A stretch of 62,882 nucleotides of DNA, the filler included, from Guillardia theta CCMP2712 (lineage: Eukaryota; Protista; Cryptophyta), in NCBI RefSeq assembly GCF_000315625.1. It is 5 parts of 5 records of this genome, joined end to end, with 100 filler letters (N's around TTAATTAATTAA, not from the genome) between each part and the next. Parts side by side here need not be neighbours in the genome. Positions count along the whole stretch, not along the records: positions 20,569 to 45,229 come from NW_005434633.1; 4 more parts are not named here. The stretch is one strand, 5' to 3'. Numbering within the stretch: the first letter of the stretch is position 1; every line of letters starts with the position of its first letter. This document shows positions 25,286 through 36,380 of this stretch, in pieces. A program made the position numbers and the translations under genes. The notes under the pieces are model-generated. The model had not been told where the DNA came from. It saw nothing but the letters and a program-made list of their open reading frames with translations, and did no database searches.

Positions 25286-28182
25286 CAGTCCATCCTGACA
25301 GACACGTCACTCAGCCACAGCGAGACGGACGAGTAGTCGACGTCGCCTTCATAGCGATGCACCTCCTTATCGTTCACCCCGATCACTATCATCGCCGGGA
25401 ACGTCTCGATGGTGTACAGCTCGCAGAGCAAGTCGTTACTCTTGGGGACGACAGCAAACTGGAAGACCTCCTGGAACAGGAGCGACATGTAGCTCCAGAT
25501 CTGCGGCGTCGTCTCCAACTCAACGAAGAGGATGGCGAGGGGGAGCGAGCGGTCGGCGACCTCTGCCATGTCCTGCGAGCGAATGACGGGGAGGTCCTTG
25601 GAGGGAGCTGAGAAGTCCACGACCTCGTCCTCGTGCAAGGCGACGACTAGAAACTTGCAGAGCTCTAGGAGGGAGATCTTGCCTTGGAACACCTTAACGG
25701 CATCCTGGTTCGGAAACTTGTGGAGGATGAGGCGAGGGAGGAGGACGGGATCTATCCCATACTCCTTCATCATCTCCTCCTCGTCCACATGGACGCAGCC
25801 GAAGACGATCCTGTGACGAAAGATTCTGGCAGCGTAGGAGAAGAGCTTCGGGAGGCTCATTTTCGCTGTGAAGAGCATGACGTGCGGCCTGTCCGTCCTG
25901 TGGGCTCGGAACTCCAGCAGGCGCTGATGGTTCAGCCACATCCAAAGATCGTCGTCCTCTCGCACTCCTCCTCCTATGGACATCTGACTCATTCCGAAGG
26001 ATCCGGAGGAGCGGAACGAAAGTCTCGACCGTTCGTGAGCATGGAGGTTGGTATCGGACATGCTCCTCTCGAGTCCCTTCCTCCACTCCTCGCTCCTCTC
26101 CTTCCCTCGGAGCACATCGACGGCCCTGTGCCTGAAAGATACGTTGGTCCTCGACCCGTTGCTGCTGCCCGATGGTGCCGAGAGGAAAGGAGGCGCAGGG
26201 ACCTCGAGCTCTTCCTTGCCTTCCTTCTCTCCCTCCGACACTTTCGTCTCCTCCCCCTCCTCCTTCCTCCTCGTGGGCGACTTGGTCAAGCTCGTTACAG
26301 CCTCCGTCACAGCATAGCCGAGCATCGCCATCAGAGCAAGGGCGAGCACAACGGCGTGCAGAGGGTTCTCTGCAGGGTGTGTAGAGAGGAAGGAGACGAG
26401 GACCAGAGCGGGAGGGAGAAGCTTTGCAAGCACGACGAGAGGAGAGAATCTGATCAGGAGCAAGACAGCAAACAGCGGGAAGATCAGCACCGGGTTCCAC
26501 AGGAGCACTCCCTCCACCCACTTGCCGATGCTCGTACACTCAGGGGAAATCCATGAGACCCAGGCCTCCACGAACCGCCGGAGGAGGCTGGCCAGCATCC
26601 GCAGCATCCCATGGCAGTGCGAGGAGGAGAGGAGGTGGCTCAGCTGTGTGATCTCGTGGCAGATCATATCAAGAGGGAGCATATTGAGGATCCCAGAAGT
26701 TATGGCGACCTCCCTCGGGCTGCTGAGGATGGCGAGGAGGCCGCGGGAGAGGAGGGGGCAGGAGAGGTAGACCTCGAACACGATGCGGATGAGCACGTCG
26801 ACTTGCATCACGTACAGCAGCAGGTAGTAGTCCCGAAACACCAGGAAGATGCTGTCAGGCTTGCAACGGTTCCAACCTGCCTCTATCCTCGCCTTGGTCG
26901 CGTCAAAGATCCACTTGAGGTTCTCCTCCAGCCTTGCCTTCTCCCGCACGTTTTCGGGCAGACCGGCATCACCCAGCACGTGCTGGTCGAACGTAGGCAG
27001 CAGCTCCTCGATCACGTTGCTGCAGGCCTGCACTAGAGTCTTCATGGAGGGAGGGAGGTCAGAGCAGTCGCGCAGGGGCATCTCCACGTCCTCCAACTCC
27101 CTCACAGCCCGAGCAGTGATGTTGTGCCTGGCAGATTCAGCCCTCAAGGAGATGAGAGCGCGAGCAGCTGCATGCACGTCGTTCAAGCTAGGAACGAGAT
27201 TCTCCACCAGGTTGGCAAGCTCTCCCCCTGTCACCAGACGGCTCAGCATCCCCCTCTTGGGCATGACTTGGTTGATGAAACCCCGTATCCTCTCGATGAG
27301 GGACGTGTAGTCTCCGTCCAGCTCTTCGTACGCCAGCTCTGCCAGCTCCGTCTCCGCCTTGTACGGTCTGGTCTTGGGGTAGGGAAGGCAAAAGATTCTG
27401 TTCTCCATCATCCTCTCCTGAACATAGTCGATCACCCGGTCGTGCATAACCAGCTCCTCGTTCGCTTCGTCTCCCAGCTTCCTCAAGAACCTTGACGGGT
27501 AGTCCTCGCAGCGATCTCTGCTGCTGTAACTCTGCACCAGCCACACGATGCTGCTGGCTAGAAACTGCTCGTCACTGATGTTCCTGAACACCTCATCGAA
27601 CATCACTACGTCGCCCAAGAATTCCACGTCCAGCTTGTTCACTTTGCGCATCGTGTTGTAGAAGAAGACTGACGACAGCATGGCAGTCAAGGCAACCATC
27701 TTCGTATCGTAGACCTTCGTCCCTCCTGGCGCTCCCAAACCTTCCGAGTCGACCAAGATCGTCATCGTACCCTTCGGCACGCATGTCTTGTTGTTTGACT
27801 CGCAAGCGCCCTGCTCTTCCTCCTCCTTTTTCTCCTCCTCCTCCTCGGGCAGCTGGTGGATCCACAGGCCTTTAGTGAACCCCTCGTCTCCACTGCTGAC
27901 CTCGAACACCCTCGACCTTCCTACCAGCGAGTTCATGAAGAAACTCTTGCCCGTCCGCGCTTGCCCGACGATCCCTATGGTCTTGAGCGTTTGATTGATG
28001 ACACTCGGGGAGCGCAGGAAGGCGATGCCTTCAGGATCGACTTCCAACTTCCCCGAACGATCTCGAACGAGCGATCGAGACCTGATAGGCGTCGATTCAT
28101 TCACATCTTGGTGACCGTGTACTCCTGCCCCGTACGAGGAAAGGACAAAGGACAGAAGGAGCGTTCCAGTAAGCAGAGTCAT
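25285..28182 (-). CDS. Guanylate-binding protein/atlastin-family GTPase with signal peptide, TM segments and C-terminal thioredoxin-like folds; intronless
   Basis: G1 GQARTGKSFFMNSL, G2 FTKGLW, G3 LVDSEGL, and LSSVFFYN. Hydrophobic cluster at about aa 455-630. C-terminus FGCV..EYGI..LPRLI and LYTIETFPAMIVI..HRYEGDVDYSSVSLWL. Confidence 0.85.
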
Positions 28183-28901
28183 CGCTCCAGCCACAGGTTT
28201 GTTGTAGACTTTGTAGTTTCTCTCTGGTGTTCAGGATTTGCCTTCTTGGGGTTATCTCATATTCCACCCTTTACCTACCCTCCTTCTAGCCAGTTTCAAT
28301 TAGCAACATTCGTTCCGTTTCTTCCCTCGCCCATTCACCATACTCTCAACCTCAAAGACACTTCAATCTTCTCTTCTCATAGTTGCCATCACTTTCACAC
28401 CTTCATCTCTCACCGATCATGATCTCCTCTCCTCTCCTCCTCTTCTCTCCTCCATATCTTACACCCTGCATTTCGCCCTCCCTTCTTCCCCACCTCTTGT
28501 GGGGGACCAAAAAAACAGACTCGATTTTAAAGATCTTTTTTTCTCTTTTACAGACAAAAGCGTTTAATTCTTTTTTTTTAAACCCGCCCATCATCCGAGA
28601 TGTCCGAGTGCAGCCGGGCCGCCGGGGGGGGGGAGGGGCCGCCGGAGCCGCCGCCGCAAGCCGGGCCCGGTCCCACGGTGACCGCTGCACCGTTACAGGG
28701 TCTGATCGAGTCACTGGGGTCTGACTGCTCCGGATCCGTAGTAAGAGCACCATGTGACTCTGATGATAGTATCAGCGATCAACGTGTTTATTTACCATCA
28801 TTCCACGTAAATTTTCTCATCTAGTTAAGGTTACAGTCAATCAATTTAAAAGTGACGCTACTCAGTCAGCACAGGCGGCTCGGGGGGCTGCAAGAAGAGG
28901 A

Positions 28902-31670
28902 TCAGATCGTAACAGCCTTGACAAGATCCTTGGGGTTCGACATTTCTGCGCCATCCAGTCAGTTCACCCACGAGCCGGACGAGCTGCACTCACTCATGTA
29001 AGGCCGCAGGATGGTCTGCCTCATGGACTTGACCATGCTCTCCTGCAGGCTCTGAAGCTTCTCCGACTTCTCCTCCGCGCTCGCGACAGCGCTTCGCATC
29101 CTGGATGGAACATCAGAACGCGATATGCAACGAAAGGAGATGAAGAGGGAAGGAGGGGAAGTATTCGAAGGGAGGTAGTGGGCAGGTGGGAGTGATTGAG
29201 AACACGAGGAAGGGAACACGGAGGGAGAAAGCATCTGTGTACCTGTCCATTCCAGTGTTGATGAAGTTCCTTGCCCACTCAATGAGGTCTGGGAATTCTG
29301 AGCAGCCATTCTGACTGAGGAGAAGGTTTCTGTCCATGATGCTCAACTCCTGCGTGAGTGTCTCAGATCTGAGTCGAAGATGACGATGAGGGTAGAGGAA
29401 GGAGAGGGGAGGAGAGAAGGAGAGGGGAGGAGAGAAGGAGAGGGGAGGAGAGAAGGAGAGGAGAGGAGAGGAGAGGGGAGGAGAGGAGAGGAGAGGAGAG
29501 GAGAGGAGAGGAGAGGAGAGGAGAGGAGAAAAAGTTTTGCATCGTGCGGGAGGGGAAAGGAGGGAGACCTGCATCAGGGGATGGGAGGACGGGAGCATAG
29601 TTCCGCTCTTGGGGAGCTTGGCGAATTTCTCATCCGTGTCTAGGAGGTCAATCAATGACTTCACATCAGCTCGACTCTGCTCCCTACCTTTCACTTTGGT
29701 CGACGCCTCGTACACGCTCTCCCACTTCCTCTCCTCCTCCTGCACAGATCCGTAACCACAACACACATCCACTGTCTTCCCAAGAACAGCTCCTCACCTG
29801 GAACTTGGCCAGCAGCGCCTTCAGCTCTGCCTCCTCAGCTGTCCGCTGGTCGTTGAGAGGGTTTGGCTTTGGCCTCTCAACCTCTCCTCGTGCGTAAGCG
29901 GTCTGAGCAGGCAGCCGGTGGTTGGAGAGACGCTTCATCTTGTTGATCGTCACTCTCTCTGTCTCCATGATGAACTGAGCGCAGATTTCCTCGAAGGCCT
30001 CGACCAGTTGTGGAGCCTCGTGGCCATAGACACGCCTGGCGGGTTGAAAATTCACCGCAGCGAAGGAGCAGTCGATCCTGTCCTGCTTACCTCACACTCG
30101 CCGTCTCAGCTTCTACGATGAGTTCGAGCAGCTTCTGCAGTCTCCGAGGCTCCTGCGCATCCTCCACATCACCAACCAAACCGCGTCGCGCCAAGTCAAA
30201 CGGAACCGGAAGGTCAGCAGGAATCTCCTCGTGAAGGACCTGAGCAGCAGACACGATTGAGATGGAGGATTACATCATCAGCTCTCCAGCTCACCAGCTT
30301 TGAGAAGTTGCTCTTGTACTCGGGAAGCTTGGCCTCGCCATCATGGGCCGGGAGATCTTTGCCAGCCTCAGCTTTGGACGGCTGTGAAGTCGTCAAGGGT
30401 TGAACCACGACAAATAAAGGCTCACTCTCTCCGACTTGGAAGACTTCTTGGAAGCTGCCGGCTGATCATCGTGGACCTTACTTGCACGCTCACTCTACAG
30501 ATGCGATCAGAACATGCCGCTGTCCTGCCGATGCTTCATACCTTGCGGTGATGTGAAGCATGAGGGCTTCGAGCAGATTTCTTCTCCACCTGCTCCTGTC
30601 AGGAGCATCAACTACCACCATCGCATCACACGTCAGTTGGACCTTCTTTGACTTCTTCGCAACTGATGCCTCAACAGGCTCTTCCTCGCTGACCTCCTCC
30701 TCGATCGTCTGTACGGCAAGCATCAGATTGTGCTGAGGACGCATGCCATCGCTCTTTCATCACCCGCTTCTTGGACTCCTTCTCAGACAAATGCTGCGAG
30801 GCTCGTACGTGAGCGAGTGTTTGAGATGAGGTGCATGTGACTGACCTTGTGAGCTGTCTTGGAAGACCTGGATGACTTCTCGTCCTGGCCAACAGACATT
30901 ACTTGCATGTTCGGAGGTTACACGAGATTATATGAATTACCCTTTGGCTATGAGATTCTCTCTTGCTGTGTTCTTTTGTTTTCTTTCGCTCATCGCGCTC
31001 CTGATCAACTTCTGCTTTCTCAGTTCGTTTGTTCTCGTGGTGGTTTTCTTTTGTTCTTGATTCCTGGGTTGGATTAGAAAAGAAAGAAGAGACCCGCCCT
31101 GCTTTCTCACATGCTGGGATTCCCTGCCTCTCCTGTGTTCAGTTTCATGCCTTGACTTTCGATCACTTGCATCAGTCTGCATGCATCATCAAACATCGTC
31201 CAACGATCATGATCAAAATTGATTGCTCCTCCACACCTTCCGTGATTTCTGCTGGGTTGCACCAGACTCCTGCCAGCATGTGAGATGATCACTTCTTCCT
31301 GATCGCTACTGTCAGACCCTCGTGATCTTGGAGCTTCTGCCCTCCTGTGGCCATTCTCCACTCACGTCCGAGTGATCTGACTCATTCTCTTCGCGATCTT
31401 CTTTCGCTTGTCTGCATTCAGGCTCACTGCTACATCCGAATTCGACGATGCGTCACCTGAAGACAGACTTGCGCTTGCGGTTGTCAGTCATCGATCCTGT
31501 ATTCTGCATAGTTGATTCAAAATTGACAGAGGTGTTATACATCTTCTCCACTATCTTCACTCTGACAAAACTCTCATTCTTTCTCCTTCACCTCCCTTGT
31601 CTGAACTTCTGTCCCTCACTGATCTAGACACCATCTCCTGTCCTCTCCTCCCTGCTCATCATGTCGTGCC
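28902..31670 (-). CDS. DSN1: Kinetochore Mis12-complex subunit DSN1/Mis13-like, multi-exon
   Basis: Spliced VLHEEIPADLP|EPRRLQKLL, then PKPNPLND..LKALLAKFQ|EEERKW, and C-terminal NPKDLVK. These match my recollection of the fungal Mis13/Dsn1 LPEPRR and PNPxN motifs. Start approximate. Confidence 0.65.
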
Positions 31671-31971
31671 ATGTTCTCCTCCTGCGCCCTTTCCCACCTC
31701 TGTCTCCTCTTCCTCCTCCCCGTCCCATCACCCTACCCTCCCCTTCCCTCGCTAGCGATCCCGTCAGGCCGCCATTTTGAATTTAAACCGTTGAAGGTAG
31801 CGTGGTAACGTTCCAAACCAGATTGTAACCGCCGCACAAAAATTTAGAACAGAATCTGGGATAACAATCTATTTCAGTCTGTGACGTATTCTAGGATAGA
31901 TTCTAGGGCAAAATCTGGATCATCGAGTGGGAGCGAAATGAGTCCAGTGGAGGAATGAAGAGGGTTTGGGG

Positions 31972-34434
31972 ATGGTGATGACGAAGGAGGAGGAGGAGGA
32001 TGGTGGAGACGGCATGCAGATGGTCATGAAGATCAGCATGATAATGGCAAGGGGCGTGACAACGATGTGGAGAGTGAGTATGAGACTGAGGAAGAGGATG
32101 AGAACGTTTTTCTCGTTTGTTTGTGCTCCATGCAAGTCAGCATTGGAAGTAAGTCGCTGGCGCTAGAGCCGAGGCAGGAAGTGTAGGAGGAGGCAGTGAA
32201 TGTGTAGAAAGAGGTCTCGGTCCGGGGTCTACTAGAAGCTGTGAAGGTAGAGAGGAGGGGATGCTTGGAAGGCGGTCGACGACTCTTTCTGTCGGCATGG
32301 ATTGATACTTGCGCGGTGCAGTTGGATAGCTCGTCAAACAGAACAGACAAGAGAAGAGTTTTGCTTGCAAACTGCTTGTTCGCCTCAACGCAAGCCGACC
32401 ATGCCGAAGTATTGGGTCAACAGGAGCTTGCAGAGCAACATGTCGCATGAAAGCCTCATCCGCGAGTACTCGCTGACGTCGCTGGATGCTCTCAAGTCAA
32501 CGCTGGTTTACTCTTGCAAGCTTGATGAAGTCGACGAAAAGATGTATCACTTGACCTTGTCGCATGCTCTGCCTGTTGGAGCTGATCGTCCTCCACAGAA
32601 GGACCAAATTCGTTCAGTTGTCAGCCACCAATCGCACCCTAGAACAACTCTCTTGTCACCCCCGCCATTCGATCTTTGGTTCTCACTCGACGTTTTTGCC
32701 AAGAGGAGCTGACTGTTTCTTCCCCTCAGCTTGCTGGCTACGGACGATGGCGGGCATCTTCATGTCCAACACAGACGCCAACGCGTACCTTGAGATGTAC
32801 CACATGCATGTTGTCGACAGAAGTCAACTGGCCTACCTGCTCAGCGAGCCTGTGAGAAGCTGGTGAGCAGGATAGAGCGAGGTGTGTTGAACTTGTCAAG
32901 CAGGAAGGAAGAGAGGGCGGGATCAACGAGCTCACGATCAACTCGACGCTGCATTCCTTCGGCCGGGCGATCGACATTGGGGCCGGAGACGGCGGGGTGA
33001 CGCTGGAGCTTGCCCCGCTCTTCTCGGAGGTACCGTTACACCCGACACAACGGTGGAGACATGGGCCCTGACTCTTGTGTCAAGATCGTAGCGACCGAGG
33101 CCTCTCAATCGTGATGGCGCCACGTCAGTCTGCCTGTCCTCACCCTCCTTCCAGATGTGTCGATGCTATAGCGCGCAAGGGCATCGAGGTCGTACACACC
33201 CAGGTGGGGATGGAGAATATCTGAACTTGTCGGGAAGGATTTCAAACCTTACGATACGTCTTTTCAGGACCTGAACTCGTTTCCTTCCAACCGATATGAT
33301 GTCCTTTCCCTTATCTCTGCCCAGAGATTTCTTTTCACAGGGTAGTCCAGGTTGTCATGTGTTTCAATGTCCTGGATCGCTGCTCCTGCCCCCAAGACTT
33401 GCTCTTTGATATGCATCGGCTAGCTGTGCAGGAAACAGGTCCCTCCCTCCCTCCCTCCCTCCCTCCCTCCCTCCTTCCCTCCTTCCCTCCTTCCCTCCCT
33501 CCCTCCCTCTTCTTCTTAACCCATCTTGGCTTCTCTCCACCCTATCCTTCTCCTCCTACGTTCCTTTGCTGTGCTTCCGTTGTTCTCTCCCACCCAGGTC
33601 CTCGTTTCTGTCCTCTTCACTCCCTCAAACTTCTCCATCTGAGCGTGTTGGAGCAGGAAGGATAGTCTTGGCCGTCGCCTTACCGTCCGTTCTTCGCGCC
33701 AAACTACCTGCTGCTCGCTGAATTTCGCTCCAGCTTCCGCCCCTACGTCGAGTGTGGAGCTATGGGGAAAAAATGTCCTCCTGAGCAGGTGTGGACGGCG
33801 TGAACATGATTGTGGGGTCGTCACAGTGTACAGGACCTGAAGCTGAACCCACGAGCATCGTGGGAGGCGGCGGTGAACGAGTTCCAGGAGAAGGCAAGGG
33901 GCACTTGCTGTTCAGAGCCGTTGGTGACTCAAGTTCAGATTCTGACGCCCAACAAGCTCCAAGTGATCAGCTTCTCTAGAGTCCCGTATCTCTGTCAAGG
34001 AGACGTCGACAGTCCGTGAGTGGATAGACAAGCTGTGATGGGAAATGATTGAAATGTGGTGGTGGCGACTGTGATGATGGTGGTGATGGTGATGGTGATG
34101 GTGATGGTGACGGTGGTGAGACGGTGACGGTGATGGTGACGGTAATGATGATGATGATGATGATGACGATGATGATGACGATGATGATGATGATGATGAT
34201 GATGATTGTTGAGGTATTGAAATGATGGTGTTAGTTCTGTGGTTGCAAATGATGATTGAGGGACGAAAAGGAGTAGACGACGAAGGTTGAGATGATTACA
34301 ATCGAAATAGATGTGACAGCGATGACATGGATAGCGCTGATTGGGGATGATAATTAGAGACTATCGCAATGACAATGATTTGCAGTTACTACGTTCTGGA
34401 CGACGCAGTGTTTGTGTTGAAACCAGCGGTATAG
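31972..34434 (+). CDS. METTL9: Protein-L-histidine N-pros-methyltransferase METTL9 (DREV family), multi-exon
   Basis: FMSNTDANAYL..MHV, SAM motif AIDIGAGDGGVT, SCFNVLDRC, PFRPYVE, and FSRVPYLCQGD..YYVLDDAVFVLK. Stop TAG at 34432-34434. Confidence 0.9.
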
Positions 34435-34559
34435 TTGATCGGCCAGAAGAGGAAGAGGCAAGAATCGTGTGAATAGGACTGACATTTGCAGAGCTCTTTT
34501 CTGTGCTCATTTTACATCTTGAATAAATAATTTACACTTCGCCATCGGTATTCACTATC

Positions 34560-35945
34560 TTGCTAATCAGAGCCTTGTCACACCTTACTCTGTCCAGACT
34601 GTCTGAGTACTTCCAACTAAGATCTCAGCAGTTCTGTTTGCACAGTCAGGTTCCTTGCTCACGGCCATCCTTCATGTCTGAACGTGTTTGATCACCATCA
34701 ACAGTCAGCATGCGCTCAGAAAAAGAAACTTACTGTCAACAACGTCATCCCTACGAGCCACATCCAGGAGAAAGTCGCAATAATCCGTCCTTTCAACAGC
34801 ACCGAGCAGGTCCTCCTGCAACATTGACAAGTCAAACCAACACCTTCAGACCTTGATCACAACAACCAGCCCCACAGTCCTTCTGGTCGAAGATTGGTTC
34901 TGCATGTATAGCTCACTCCTCTTTGCGAGGTCCATTGCAAATAGCTCGCACGCTCGGGCCATGATCTGTCTCCATACTCAGAACTCTCAAACAAAGTTTC
35001 ATAGGTGTGTTTCAGACGACACTCGTTCACCAACATAACAACAACATTCGTGCACCAACATAACAACAACATTCGTTCACTAACATAGCAACAACATTCG
35101 CGCACCAACAGAACAACGGCATTCGTTCACCAACATAACATACATCTCATCGCATACTCACATAACATGCGTCTTCTCTTATCTCCAACGAAGGCGCTTG
35201 TTTCCCCTTGGCTACTTTCGCCTTCGAGCTCGTCGGCTCGCTCATTTTCAGCTCCTCAACGCTAGCACTGCGCATGATCTGCATGCCAGTCAGCCTCGTC
35301 CCCATCGCTCGCCCTTGGCAAACTAACTCGCTTCACTGCTCGCGGTTTGAGCTCAAGCTGTTTGACAACATCTTTCGGAATATTGGCACATTCCAACGAT
35401 CGCTCCGACCAGAACCTGCCATGTCATCAGCAGGAGCAGGAGGATCTCAAAGGCGGGAGAGGAGAGGACGCAGGAGAGCGAGAGAGGAAGGGAAGGAGAG
35501 TTGCAAGAGACGGAGGATAAGGGGTCTTAGGGGAAGTGGAGGTGGGTAAGGAAGAAACACGCAAGGGCAGCACGCACCCGAGCAGTTGGTTCATATTCTT
35601 CTCGTGAAACTCGGCTTGAAATCTCTGCCTCTTGCTCACGCACAGGGAGGGAGGATGGATCCACTCCAGCTGCTCCAGCGCTTCGTTGATGTCCTCCCCT
35701 CCTCTGGACGTTGGCACAGGAGTGACCGCATGGGATTCCTTGACGCTGCTTCCAGCAGCAGCGAAGGGGAGAGGAGGAGGAGGAAGTCTGTGCGAGGAGA
35801 GCGTGATCGGAGCCATGTCCCTGCTCCCTTCCGCTGACCCTGCTCTCGTCTCCTCCTCCCCTCCTTCCATCCTTCGGCAAAAGTGTATGTCTAAGTGTGA
35901 CCTGAAATATTTTCGAAGGACAAAATCCTTCTTTGTCAGGCCCAT
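34560..35945 (-). CDS. Hypothetical multi-exon protein
   Basis: A 172-aa first ORF is followed by further coding-like exons with short introns. No recognisable domain; both ends approximate. Confidence 0.4.
35022..35141. repeat. ~25-bp degenerate tandem repeat (TTCGTTCACCAACATAACAACAACA) x~5, probably intronic
   Basis: Read directly from the sequence. Confidence 0.85.
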
Positions 35946-36187
35946 GATGTCGACACGGCCCGGCCCGGGTCACCATCGCACCGGGTGCCGAGCTGAGGCC
36001 CGGCCCGGCCGGGCCCGGCCGCCGGGTGGTTGAACTCCGACTCAGGCTCGTGACCGGCTGGCAACACTCCTCGGACACTGACGGTTGCACACTGGGCGGG
36101 GCCCACGAGTCTGGCCGCTGAACCGGCGGTGTGGTGGCTAAGTACGATCATGTTGGCCTCTGACGACAGTGTCAGGGTCAAGCCTCC

Positions 36188-36239
36188 TCGACTCTCCTGA
36201 ATCTCCTCGTACTGATTTTCAGTAACTTAACTTTGAGTA
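36188..36239 (-). repeat. Dispersed conserved motif, copy 2 (inverted, 3-nt insertion)
   Basis: The reverse complement reads TACTCAAAGTTAAGTTActgAAAATCAGTACGAGgagattcaggagagtcga. It lies 40 bp downstream of the ART-ankyrin stop codon. Confidence 0.9.
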
Positions 36240-36279
36240 AAGACTGAGCTCGTCGATGTCGATTGGCATTCACTCTTTA

Positions 36280-36288
36280 TTACTTTTG

Positions 36289-36380
<92 letters not shown>

